DNA of 57,672 nucleotides, from the NCBI GenBank assembly GCA_035538735.1, contig DATLJU010000266.1, positions 1-57,672 of the forward strand. The letters are read 5' to 3'. Below are positions 1-9,280 of this stretch, one piece after another (positions within the stretch are counted from its first letter, which is position 1; each line of letters opens with the position of its first letter). Under the pieces are notes generated by a model. That model was given only the letters and a program-made list of their open reading frames with translations. It searched no databases and had not been told where the DNA came from. This stretch comes from Anaeromyxobacteraceae bacterium (GTDB taxonomy: Bacteria > Myxococcota > Myxococcia > Myxococcales > Anaeromyxobacteraceae). The translations under genes were made by a program, and so were the position numbers.

Positions 1-1033
<1,033 letters not shown>

Positions 1034-1034
<1 letters not shown>

Positions 1035-1105
1035 GGCCCATCGCTTAACGGTAAAGCTGTCGGCTCATAACCGATCGGATCCAGGTTCGAATCCTGGTGG
1101 GCCCA
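1034..1105 (+). tRNA. tRNA with anticodon CAT, most likely tRNA-Ile2 (lysidine); CCA not encoded
   Basis: Acceptor GGGCCCA/TGGGCCC, D-stem GCTT/AAGC, anticodon arm GTCGG-CTCATAA-CCGAT, T-arm CCAGG-TTCGAAT-CCTGG, discriminator A1105. C4/C5 in the acceptor stem and location after rpoD favour Ile2 over Met. Confidence 0.93.
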
Positions 1106-1168
1106 CACCGACGGGACGAGCAAAAAGAAACCGGGCGCGATAACAGCGCCCAGACGGAGGAAGCACCC

Positions 1169-1906
1169 TTGTCGTTGCGTGAGAAGCTGAAGGCGCTGGA
1201 GGAGCTGCAGCAGATCGACCTCGACGCGGGCGGGCTGCGCGGCGAGGCGGACACCATCCCGGCGCGCCGCGCCGAGATCGAGGCCGGCGTCGCGGCGGCC
1301 CGGAAGGCGTACGAGACCGAGAAGGCCCGCCTCGAGGACAACGAGCGGGAGCGCCGCCAGGTCGAGTCGCTGCTCGCCATGGAGCGCGACAAGGTGAAGA
1401 AGTGGGAGGGCCGCCTGGGCGAGATCAAGACGCCCCGCGAGTACGCCGCCCTCTCCCGCGAGATCGACATCGCCAAGAAGACCAACGAGAGCCAGTCCGA
1501 ACAGCTGAAGGTGCTCGCCGCCGCGGCGGGCGAGCTGAAGAAGGGCCTCGACTCGGCCGCCGACGCCCTCTCCGAGCGCGAGCTGGGCGCCCAGGACGAG
1601 CTTGCGGCGCTCGACAAGCGTGGCGCCGACTACGCGTCGAAGCTGTGCGAGCTCGACGGGCGGCGCGGAGAGGCCTCGAAGAAGGTCGACCCGGCGCTGC
1701 TGTCCCGGTACGAGAACATCAAGAGGCGCCGGGCCGGGGTGGCCGTCGCGCCGGTGGTGGGCAGCACCTGCCGCGGCTGCAACCGGCACATCCCGCCGCA
1801 GCTCAGCATCGTCCTCCAGCGGGCGGACTCGGTCGAGACCTGCCCCAACTGTAACCGCATCATCTACTCGGCCGAGGCGGTGAACCCGCCGGCCGCGACC
1901 GCCTAG
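1169..1906 (+). CDS. Coiled-coil protein with C4-type zinc ribbon (CT398/HP0958-like)
   Basis: Long coiled coil then CRGC...CPNC; TTG start at 1169 after GGAGG (ORF-track start 1097 lies inside the tRNA). Confidence 0.9.
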   Translation: MSLREKLKALEELQQIDLDAGGLRGEADTIPARRAEIEAGVAAARKAYETEKARLEDNERERRQVESLLAMERDKVKKWEGRLGEIKTPREYAALSREIDIAKKTNESQSEQLKVLAAAAGELKKGLDSAADALSERELGAQDELAALDKRGADYASKLCELDGRRGEASKKVDPALLSRYENIKRRRAGVAVAPVVGSTCRGCNRHIPPQLSIVLQRADSVETCPNCNRIIYSAEAVNPPAATA

Positions 1907-1908
1907 TC

Positions 1909-2667
1909 GTGTCCGTCCTCGTCGATCTCCTGCGCTTCATCGCGGCGAACGAGCAGCTGCCCCGCACCCTGCAGCGCTACGCCGGCCACGACCGCGACAC
2001 GATCGGCAAGCTCATTGCCACCGCCGCCGATCGCCTCGAGGCCTCGGAGAAGGCCGCCGAGCCGGCCGGCGGCGCGCGCGGGAAGCCCGGCGCGCTCAAG
2101 GTCCGCAAGCAGAGCGAGGTCGAGCGCGCCGCGCGCCAGAGCGCGGAGGAGCTCGATGCCGCGATGAACGAGTCGAAGGCGGAGCGCGACCAGAAGAAGC
2201 GGCAGCGCGCCGCGGAGGCCGAGCGGGAGCGGGTCGAGGTCGCCGAGAAGGCCGTCGAGCTGCCGCCGCGGGTCCGCCTCTTCACCGATGGCGCGGCGCG
2301 GGGCAACCCCGGCCCGGCCGGCGCTGGGGCGGTCATCGTCAGCCCCGCCGGCCACATCATGGCCAAGATCGGCAAGTTCCTCGGCGAGAGCACGAACAAC
2401 GTCGCCGAGTACACCGGGCTCATCCTCGGCCTGAAGCGCGCCAAGGCGATGGGCATCAAGGAGCTCGACGTCTTCTCCGACTCCGAGCTGCTCGTGAAGC
2501 AGCTCGCCGGCGACTACGCCGTGAAGGCGGAGCACCTCCGGCCGCTGCACGAGGAGGCGCAGGCGCTCCTCAGGGCGTTCCCTCAGGTGCGGGTGGCGCA
2601 CATCCCGCGCGAGGAGAACGCGGCGGCGGACGAGATGAGCAACCGCGCCATCGACGAGAGGCTGTAG
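1909..2667 (+). CDS. rnhA: Ribonuclease HI family protein with charged N-terminal extension
   Basis: FTDGAARGNPGPAG, TNNVAEY, SDSELLVKQL, HIPREENAAAD motifs. Confidence 0.88.
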   Translation: MSVLVDLLRFIAANEQLPRTLQRYAGHDRDTIGKLIATAADRLEASEKAAEPAGGARGKPGALKVRKQSEVERAARQSAEELDAAMNESKAERDQKKRQRAAEAERERVEVAEKAVELPPRVRLFTDGAARGNPGPAGAGAVIVSPAGHIMAKIGKFLGESTNNVAEYTGLILGLKRAKAMGIKELDVFSDSELLVKQLAGDYAVKAEHLRPLHEEAQALLRAFPQVRVAHIPREENAAADEMSNRAIDERL

Positions 2668-2760
2668 GGCAGAGCTCTTCCCGCGCCGCTCGCCGCCTCC
2701 TCTCCTGACGAGACGCTGTAGGGCGGGGGCTCGTCCCCCGCCGCTTGCCGCCTCCTCTCC
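2664..2760 (+). repeat. Tandem GTAG-type REP pair (degenerate copy at 2664, canonical copy 2718-2743)
   Basis: GTAGGGCGGGGGCTCGTCCCCCGCCG; preceding copy overlaps the rnhA TAG; both followed by GCCGCCTCCTCTCC. Confidence 0.7.
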
Positions 2761-2899
2761 CTTTCCCTCCTCCTCCTTCTCCGGAGGAGAGGGGTGGGGG
2801 GGCTCGTTTCCCTCACTCGGCGTCAGCGTGACCCGCGTCTCGTCCACGGTCGCCACGCGCCAGTGGGAGAGGCTCGGGGAGAGGGGCTGCGTACCGTCG

Positions 2900-2929
2900 T
2901 TGGCTCTTCGCGCCCGGGGGTGTTAGATC
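2900..2929 (+). promoter_or_regulatory. Putative sigma70 promoter of rnpB
   Basis: TTGGCT ... TGTTAGAT just upstream of the P1 helix start. Confidence 0.45.
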
Positions 2930-2935
2930 GGTTCC

Positions 2936-3362
2936 GCCGGAGCCGCCTGGGCGTACGCGTCGACCTGCAGGGCATGGGGTCGCCGAGGAAAGTCCGGGCA
3001 CCACAGGGCAGGGTGCCGGCCAACGGCCGGTCGGAGCGATCCGCAGGACAGTGCCACAGAGAACAGACCGCCGAACGCTGCCGTGAGGCAGGCGTGGCAA
3101 GGGTGAAACGGTGCGGTAAGAGCGCACCGCACGCCGGGTGACCGGCGCGGCAAGGCAAACCCCACCCGGTGCAAGAGCGAATAGGGAGGCATCGCCCGCG
3201 AGGGCGTGACCCGCGCGCGAGCGAGGGTCGAAGACCGGCCCGGTCGGAGCCTCCGGGTACAGCTCGCTGGAGACGCGCGGCAACGCGCGTCCGAGAGGAA
3301 TGTGCGCCGCCGCTGGCTGAGAGGTCGGCGGGACAGAACCCGGCTTAGAGGGCGGCTCCGGC
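2936..3362 (+). ncRNA. rnpB: RNase P RNA (bacterial type A)
   Basis: Universal motifs GAGGAAAGTCCGGGC, AGTGCCACAGAGA, GGGTGAAACGGTGCGGTAAGAG, GGCAAACCCC, ACAGAACCCGGCTTA; P1 pairing GCCGGAGCCGCC/GGCGGCTCCGGC. Confidence 0.97.
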
Positions 3363-3395
3363 ACTTCCGCTGTTATCACGGGGGCTAGAAGAGGG

Positions 3396-3880
3396 TCAGC
3401 GGATGATCTGGCCGATGTGTGGCCAATCGCGACCGCCCAGCGATGAGACTGCAGCCTCGACGGCAGACAGGATCGCGTCCTCGATCGCCAAGCCGATCTG
3501 TGTCCATCCCAGCGGGGCGGCTGTCGAGGCGTCGGGCCGGCCCAGGTGGGCCGCAGTGCAGGATCTACTGTGTGTCAAAGCCAGCTTACGCCTGAGCCGC
3601 AGGCGTGGCGTGAGGCCGTGAGTCAGGCTTCTGCCTGATGCCTGCCCGAACCGCCAGAATCGCCCCTGGATCGACGGAACGTGAGCCACCCGCTGTCCTG
3701 GCTCAGTTCGATGCCGATCGTGATCAGGAGGCCGCCGGCTCGCGCTGCATGTGCCTTCCACGCAGCGCTCGTGACGCTTCATGAACTCGTCGATCTACTC
3801 GCGCTCCATGGCTGCGATGGCCTTGAGCAGCTTCGTCGCGAGCGTGCCGATGGTCCTCGCTGATCTCTCCAGCTTCGAGC
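3396..3880 (-). pseudogene. Decayed coding remnant, possibly recombinase-derived
   Basis: Frame ...TKLLKAIAAMERE*IDEFMKR... with in-frame TAG at 3795-3797, ending ...WPHIGQIIR* next to the att core. Confidence 0.25.
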
Positions 3881-4117
3881 CTGCGAGCTGTGGCGGCGAG
3901 CCAGCTCTTCACGTTTCGGCAGAGCGAAGCTTACGGCCTCTGTGTTCTCACAGGCAGGCAAGCGCATAAACGAAAGGCCCCAGTCAAATGGGAGCTTCAC
4001 TGCCTGCAAGCTCGGTTAGCGATCAGTGGTGCATGTGCCCGCTTGTTCCCCTGGCTTCCAGTTGTCGGTGGCGCTGACGGTTGCCGGAAGGAATCGCTGG
4101 ACAGTAGATCGGCACCC

Positions 4118-4414
4118 ATGTCGGAGAAGAACCTTGATGCGTTGATGGCCGAGCTACACGAGGACCTGAAGCGGGCGCTCATGAAGTACGGCACGACCGC
4201 CGAGGACATCGACTTGAGCGGCGACGAGAGCCCCATGCTCGGCTCGCTCTGGGAATTCGCATACTATGCGGCGCTGATCGCATCCAGCGGTGGCGTGCCG
4301 GAGAAGGACTTACTCGCGATCGCGAGCGACCAGTTCAAGCGCGTTCAGCAGGCAATCGGGAAGAAGAGTGAAACGCCCCTGAGCTTCGACGCGCCGGGAA
4401 TGAATTGGTGGTAG
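4118..4414 (+). CDS. Hypothetical protein (98 aa)
   Basis: ATG at 4118, MSEKNLDALMAELHEDLKRALMKY..., protein-like helical composition; no recognised family. Confidence 0.55.
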   Translation: MSEKNLDALMAELHEDLKRALMKYGTTAEDIDLSGDESPMLGSLWEFAYYAALIASSGGVPEKDLLAIASDQFKRVQQAIGKKSETPLSFDAPGMNWW

Positions 4415-4686
4415 TGACCATGAAATGAGTGAGCAATCAGCCTGACGAAAACAAAGAACGGCCCCAGACCGAAGTCCAGGGCCGTCGCTCTCACTGTGAT
4501 GTCGGTCTGCGATCAGTGGTGCATCGGCTCGCCAGCGTTCACTGTCACGGAGCCTGCCTCGCTCACGCTCGGTCGCTGAAGCGCGGTGCGGCTCGGCATG
4601 CCAGGCGTGTCCTCACTCAATAATCTCTTGCTGGCACCCTGTGGACACGCCCACCATCTCGTTAGCAGCGAGGGGGCGGCGGTGGA

Positions 4687-5778
4687 ATGAGGTCGCCCGT
4701 GGAATTCGGTGCCCTCGAATTCATGCCGGATGCTGTGGTCGTGGTCGACCACCTCGGCATCATCTGCTTCATCAACCGGGCAGGCGAAGCCCTATTCGGT
4801 TACGAACGGAGCGAGCTTATCGGGCGACCGGTTGAAGTCCTGCTCCCCTCCCGTTTCCGGCTGAAGCATCGAATCGATCGAGAGGCATATGCTGCTGCCC
4901 CACGAGTCCGGCCCATGGGGCTCGGCCTCGAACTTCGAGGTCTGACCAAGGATGGCCACGAGGTCGAGATCGAAATCAGTCTCTCTCCGGTAGAGTTCGA
5001 CGCACAACTCACGCTTGCCGCTGTTCGCGACGTGAGCGAGCGCAAGCGACTTGAAGAGCAGGCGCGGCAGGCAGAGAAGGCACAAGAGGAGGTCCGCCGT
5101 CGAGACGAGGTGCTCGCGGTCGCCTCGCATGAACTGCGCGGCCCGGTAGGAGTCGTCCAGCTCCAGCTCGGCGTACTGCAGCGAACCGCCGGCGACACTA
5201 TCCACGAACTCACCGGAATGATGGAGCGCATGCGGAAAGTAGAGAGCAACGCCCGTCATCTTGCGCGGCTCGTTGACGACCTCCTGGACATGAGACAGCT
5301 ACAGGGCGGAACCCTACCGCTACAGGCCGAAGAAGCGGACCTCGCGGAGCTGACCCGCGATGCGGTCGAGCGTGTGCGGGAGCCCGTCGAGCGGACCGGG
5401 GCTACCCTGACATTGCTTGCGCCTGTCGCCGTCAGAGGTCGGTGGGACCCGATACGCATCGAGCAGGTTGTCACCAACCTCGTCGCGAACGCAGCGAAGT
5501 TCGGTCAGGGCAAGCCGATTGTCGTGGAGGTGGAGAGCGAGGGGGACCGAGCGCGAATCACCGTCACCGACCAGGGCATCGGCATCGCGACGCGGGACCT
5601 GGAGCGCATCTTCGAGCGTTTCGAGCGGGTGGCTCCGAGTTCAGGAGGGCTTGGCCTCGGGCTCTATATCGCTCGACAAATCGTCCTGGCGCACGGCGGT
5701 CGTATCCTTGTGCGCAGTGCGGTCGGGAGTGGAGCGACCTTCACGGTCGAGTTACCGCGCGAAACGAGAAGTGCCTGA
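4687..5778 (+). CDS. Cytoplasmic PAS-domain sensor histidine kinase
   Basis: PAS (MPDAVVVVD...LFGYERSELIG), H-box ASHELRGP, N-box NLVANAAKF, DQGIG, GLGLGL. Confidence 0.92.
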   Translation: MRSPVEFGALEFMPDAVVVVDHLGIICFINRAGEALFGYERSELIGRPVEVLLPSRFRLKHRIDREAYAAAPRVRPMGLGLELRGLTKDGHEVEIEISLSPVEFDAQLTLAAVRDVSERKRLEEQARQAEKAQEEVRRRDEVLAVASHELRGPVGVVQLQLGVLQRTAGDTIHELTGMMERMRKVESNARHLARLVDDLLDMRQLQGGTLPLQAEEADLAELTRDAVERVREPVERTGATLTLLAPVAVRGRWDPIRIEQVVTNLVANAAKFGQGKPIVVEVESEGDRARITVTDQGIGIATRDLERIFERFERVAPSSGGLGLGLYIARQIVLAHGGRILVRSAVGSGATFTVELPRETRSA

Positions 5779-6052
5779 TCGTACTGCGCCCCACAACGTT
5801 GTTTCGGCGGCGCTTGCGACGCGCACCAATCCAAGTCGCCGCAAGCGGTGCGGCTGGCCTCGGTCTACGCTGATGGCGGACGGATCAGGCGGAGCGAGGC
5901 CATGCTGCTGGCCGCGATCTCCGCGGTGGGCGCGCGCAGGATCACGGCCCGCCCGTCGCCGTGGTTTGGCTGATGTCTGGCCTAAGTCTGGGCAGAGGGG
6001 CCTACCGCGAGATGTCCAGTGGTATCTGCTGAAACGCTGGAACCCCTGAAAC

Positions 6053-6089
6053 GACTACTCCAGACCACAGAGAGTGATCTGGAGTAGTC
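6053..6089. repeat. 12-bp perfect inverted repeat in the putative att arm
   Basis: GACTACTCCAGA (6053-6064) / TCTGGAGTAGTC (6078-6089); CTGAAACG direct repeat at 6029 and 6046. Confidence 0.75.
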
Positions 6090-6102
6090 CACTGAGGGCG
6101 TC

Positions 6103-6126
6103 CCCGGCTTAGAGGGCGGCTCCGGC
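6103..6126 (+). repeat. Exact copy of the rnpB 3' 24 nt (putative att core)
   Basis: CCCGGCTTAGAGGGCGGCTCCGGC identical to 3339-3362. Confidence 0.95.
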
Positions 6127-6319
6127 GTTTCACTCGAGTTGTCGCTGGATCGGGCGGATGGGGAGAGGTCGAGCCGGCATCACGGAAGGTGAGGCATGCC
6201 TCTCGGTGTACTTTCGACACGCGGGACCGCGACCTGCGGCAGCTGCGTGCGCGGACGCTGAAGAGGACCGACCCCGCGATCCTTTCGGATGGCGGGGCCG
6301 GTGAAGGCCAGATGAGCAC

Positions 6320-8770
6320 CTAGTTTCCGTGGAAGTTGATGGGGTCCGCGCTCGCGCCCTTTCCGTGGCAGATGGTGCACGTCTCCACGCCGGCACCGCC
6401 CTTCTGTGTGGCGCTGTCGATGGCGGCCTGCGTGAGGCCCGGGCTGACGATGACGCTCGTCCCGACGGTCGCCGCGCCGACGGCGCCCATCTGGGCCATG
6501 TGCGCGGTGGCCTGCGCCGCCTGATGACACGACGAGCAGACCGCCGCCACGGGCGTCGTGCGCAGGTACGTGCTCTGGTCGCCGGAGCCGGCCGTCGTGG
6601 CGGAGCCGCCGGTCGTGATCGTCACCCCGTTCACGACCCCAATATCGGCGCTCGGGTACGGGTTCGCGTCGGCGTGGCATACGACGCAGCGGCCGACGGA
6701 GTTGCCCTCCGGGAATTGCACGTCCCGGAAGTCGTTGGGGGCCGGAGGCCCAGCGCCCAGCGCCGTTCCGGTGAACCCGTAGATGACGATCCCCTGCGTG
6801 AAGGGCGGGGTCGAGCCGCTGTGGATGCCATGGATCAGCGCCGCGAAGTGGATCGGCTGCTCCGTCTTGCTGTCGATCCCCGGGGCTGTGCCGACCGGAA
6901 GCGGACGCTGCGTGACGTCCGTCGCCTCCGTGTTGTGACACACGACGCACGCGTCGATGTTGTCGTTCCGGTTGGCGCCGTGGGCCTGGAGCATCCCGTG
7001 GCACTTGTCGCACTTCTGGATGTCCACCACGACTCGCCGCGACTGGGCCTTGGCGTCGGTGATGGCGAAGAACATCGAGTCGGTCCGGATGGCCGTCGCG
7101 CCGGGGGCGGAGTCGAGGTGGCCCTCCAGGACCGCGACGCCCGACCCGACCGCGTCCCCTGGGACGGTGGTCGGCAACGTCGCCGTGTAGGTGCCGTCGG
7201 CGTTCTTCACCACGGTCGCGGGGCTCGCCGCGAGGCCGGCCAGGACGTCGAAGGAAACGGGCTGGCCGGGTGCCGGACCGGCCACGATGGATCCGAAGCC
7301 GGCCGTCGCTCCGCTTCCGGAGTTGGTCCAGTCCTCACCCTTCTTCACCGTCCAGCCGAGGTCGATCACGAGTCGCCTGCCCGCGTTGATCCAGAGCGGA
7401 TCGGTCGTGACGTCCATCGGCGCGTTGTTGTTCGCGGGGTTCGTGACCGAGAAGGTGACGACCGGTTTCGAGCCCGGACTCCCTCCCGTCACGCTCGTGA
7501 TCTTGAGGACGGCCGCCTGGGTCGTGGCGGTCGGGGCGAGAAGGGGGTGCACCTTCGTCACGGGGAACGTCGCGCTCGCGGCCGTGCCGTGGCATTGCGA
7601 GCAGCTGCCGTCCGAGACCACGCCTCCACGGTGCGCGAGATAGCCGGGCGGCGGCGCCTGGCTGAAGCTCGTCCGGTCGTGGCACGCGCCGCAGGCCTCG
7701 ATCGAGATCTGGGTCTTCCAGTAGTCGGAGCCCGTGCCGGAGGAGACGGTGTGGCAGACGTTGCAGTTGCCCGTGTCCTGGGGGAAGCCGACGAACGTGT
7801 AGTCGGTGCCGTTGATGACGATCGTGCCGGGCGTCGCGCCGGGGATGGGCGTGCCGTCGAGCTGCGTGCCGGTCACGCTGGGCAGGTCTCCGCCCTGGTG
7901 GATCTTGTGGATCATCACGCGGAAGTCGAGCGAGGTCGAGTTCACGCTCTTGGCGTTGGGATCAGGCAACGCGGCGTTGTGGCAGGTGACGCAGTACTCG
8001 GTGCTGAGCCGCTTCCCGCCGTGGTGGGCGAGGTCGCGGTGGCACTGGTTGCAAGCCGTGGTGTCCACGACGGCGCGTGCGTTGCCGGCCTGGATCTGCG
8101 CGCCACCGGGCGCGAGGTCGGCCCAGCCGTCGAAGATGGCGTGGGTGGGGTCGGTCGTGCTCGGGTTGTTCTGTATCCCGATGCGGGTGACGGCCGCCGG
8201 GTCGTACGGCTCGGTCACGGCCGCCGTGGCGGAGGGCGCCACTTGCTTGCTGAGGTCGTTCTTGAACGTGTAGGTGCAGGACCCGTCGCCGTTGTCCTTG
8301 AGCGTCCCGACGACGGTGTTGCGGCTGCCCTCGGTCGTCGGGAGCGTGGACGTCCCGGAGAGCACGTTGATGTAGTTCTGCCACCGCTTCGTGCCGGGGC
8401 TCGACGAGTCGTCGACGAGCTTCGCGACCGTGAAGTTCGGCGTGAAGGCCGCCAAGCCGCTGCTGCCGCCGCCGGCGCAGGTCCCCGCCGCCTGCGTGAA
8501 CGCGGCGTCGGTGAAGAGCTTGTAGGTGACTACCGGGGCGCCACCCGACGAGCTCCCGCTGGGGATGTTCGCCGAGGTGAACTGGGCGTAGAGCCGCGGC
8601 GGGGCGAGCGCGGCGCCACCCGGCGTCACCCCGCCGTCGGGACTCGAGGCAGTACCCGGAGGTCCCGGGGGTCCTGGGGGTCCCGCAGGACCCTTATCAC
8701 CCGTGCACGCTAGACCAATCGCCACTGCGCATGCCACCCACGGACCGCTCCAACCGATGTGCTTGGTCAT
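6320..8770 (-). CDS. Outer-surface decaheme c-type cytochrome lipoprotein, OmcA/MtrC family
   Basis: 10 CxxCH motifs in two groups of five; lipobox-like IGLAC; GPAGPPGPPGPPG linker; MIHKIH and LIHGIH distal-His motifs; ATG at 8770. Confidence 0.9.
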   Translation of the reverse strand: MTKHIGWSGPWVACAVAIGLACTGDKGPAGPPGPPGPPGTASSPDGGVTPGGAALAPPRLYAQFTSANIPSGSSSGGAPVVTYKLFTDAAFTQAAGTCAGGGSSGLAAFTPNFTVAKLVDDSSSPGTKRWQNYINVLSGTSTLPTTEGSRNTVVGTLKDNGDGSCTYTFKNDLSKQVAPSATAAVTEPYDPAAVTRIGIQNNPSTTDPTHAIFDGWADLAPGGAQIQAGNARAVVDTTACNQCHRDLAHHGGKRLSTEYCVTCHNAALPDPNAKSVNSTSLDFRVMIHKIHQGGDLPSVTGTQLDGTPIPGATPGTIVINGTDYTFVGFPQDTGNCNVCHTVSSGTGSDYWKTQISIEACGACHDRTSFSQAPPPGYLAHRGGVVSDGSCSQCHGTAASATFPVTKVHPLLAPTATTQAAVLKITSVTGGSPGSKPVVTFSVTNPANNNAPMDVTTDPLWINAGRRLVIDLGWTVKKGEDWTNSGSGATAGFGSIVAGPAPGQPVSFDVLAGLAASPATVVKNADGTYTATLPTTVPGDAVGSGVAVLEGHLDSAPGATAIRTDSMFFAITDAKAQSRRVVVDIQKCDKCHGMLQAHGANRNDNIDACVVCHNTEATDVTQRPLPVGTAPGIDSKTEQPIHFAALIHGIHSGSTPPFTQGIVIYGFTGTALGAGPPAPNDFRDVQFPEGNSVGRCVVCHADANPYPSADIGVVNGVTITTGGSATTAGSGDQSTYLRTTPVAAVCSSCHQAAQATAHMAQMGAVGAATVGTSVIVSPGLTQAAIDSATQKGGAGVETCTICHGKGASADPINFHGN

Positions 8771-8995
8771 CCCTTGCCGTCCTGGGCCTGTCCGGAGGCC
8801 CACCGAAAATGACGAAGAAACGCCGAGCTACAACGACGCCGAGTCACGACGACACGGCGTCGAGGATGCCACCGTAGCGGGGGGTGTCCAGGTACCCGGT
8901 TGGCGCGTGCCAAGGCCCGGAAGCAACCAAAGGTGCGACTTTGATTGGTACTACTGCCTGTAAATGGGTCGTTCGCGACCCGCGTCCCATGAGGG

Positions 8996-9199
8996 TCAGC
9001 GAGCGCTCGCCCGCGTCAAGGCATGGACGCCATCAGACGTCGGGGTACAGCGCGGGGCCCCCGGCGGAGGCGTAGATGGCTTGCCAGACGGAGGCCACGA
9101 CGGGCCTGGCCCCTCCTCGGCGGCGCGTAGCGCCGCTTCGACCGCCTTGCCCGCCTCCGCCTCGAGCTTCTCGAGCTTCGCCTGCGTGATGTCGATGTG
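8996..9199 (-). pseudogene. 5'-truncated gene fragment abutting the att arm
   Basis: HIDITQAKLEKLEAEAGKAVEAALRAAEE with strong GC3 bias, no start codon, runs into the arm at 9200. Confidence 0.35.
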
Positions 9200-9254
9200 C
9201 CTGAAATTACGGCGCCTGACGACGATGAGTGAAGCGTGTTCCCCATCGGTCGTC

Positions 9255-9278
9255 CCCGGCTTACAGGGCGGCTCCGAC
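9255..9278 (+). repeat. Degenerate copy of the rnpB 3' end (22/24)
   Basis: CCCGGCTTACAGGGCGGCTCCGAC. Confidence 0.9.
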
Positions 9279-9280
9279 GC

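Larger units (their letters stand above)
3363..6126. mobile_element. Cassette/island 1 bounded by direct repeats of the rnpB 3' end; no intact integrase
   Basis: 24-bp repeat at 3339-3362 and 6103-6126; interior visibly less GC-rich with decayed ORFs. Confidence 0.72.
6127..9278. mobile_element. Cassette/island 2 bounded by rnpB 3'-end repeats, carrying a decaheme cytochrome
   Basis: Repeats at 6103-6126 and 9255-9278; arm sequence upstream of the right repeat related to that of cassette 1. Confidence 0.68.

Noticed and set aside
1169-3362. Zn-ribbon, RNase H and rnpB clustering as a novelty
   Set aside because: A known conserved neighbourhood in several bacterial groups.
2794-3388. Several short ORFs
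   Set aside because: They overlap the RNase P RNA and have non-protein-like composition.
8771-8990. Cyclic-dinucleotide (GEMM) riboswitch upstream of the cytochrome, also sought at 20800-21080
   Set aside because: The conserved GGCAAA/GCAAAG-type motifs could not be identified by eye; an Rfam cmscan would settle it.
3339-9278. CRISPR or integron interpretation of the 24-bp repeats
   Set aside because: Spacers are about 3 kb, there are no cas or intI genes, and the repeat is the rnpB 3' end rather than an attC palindrome.
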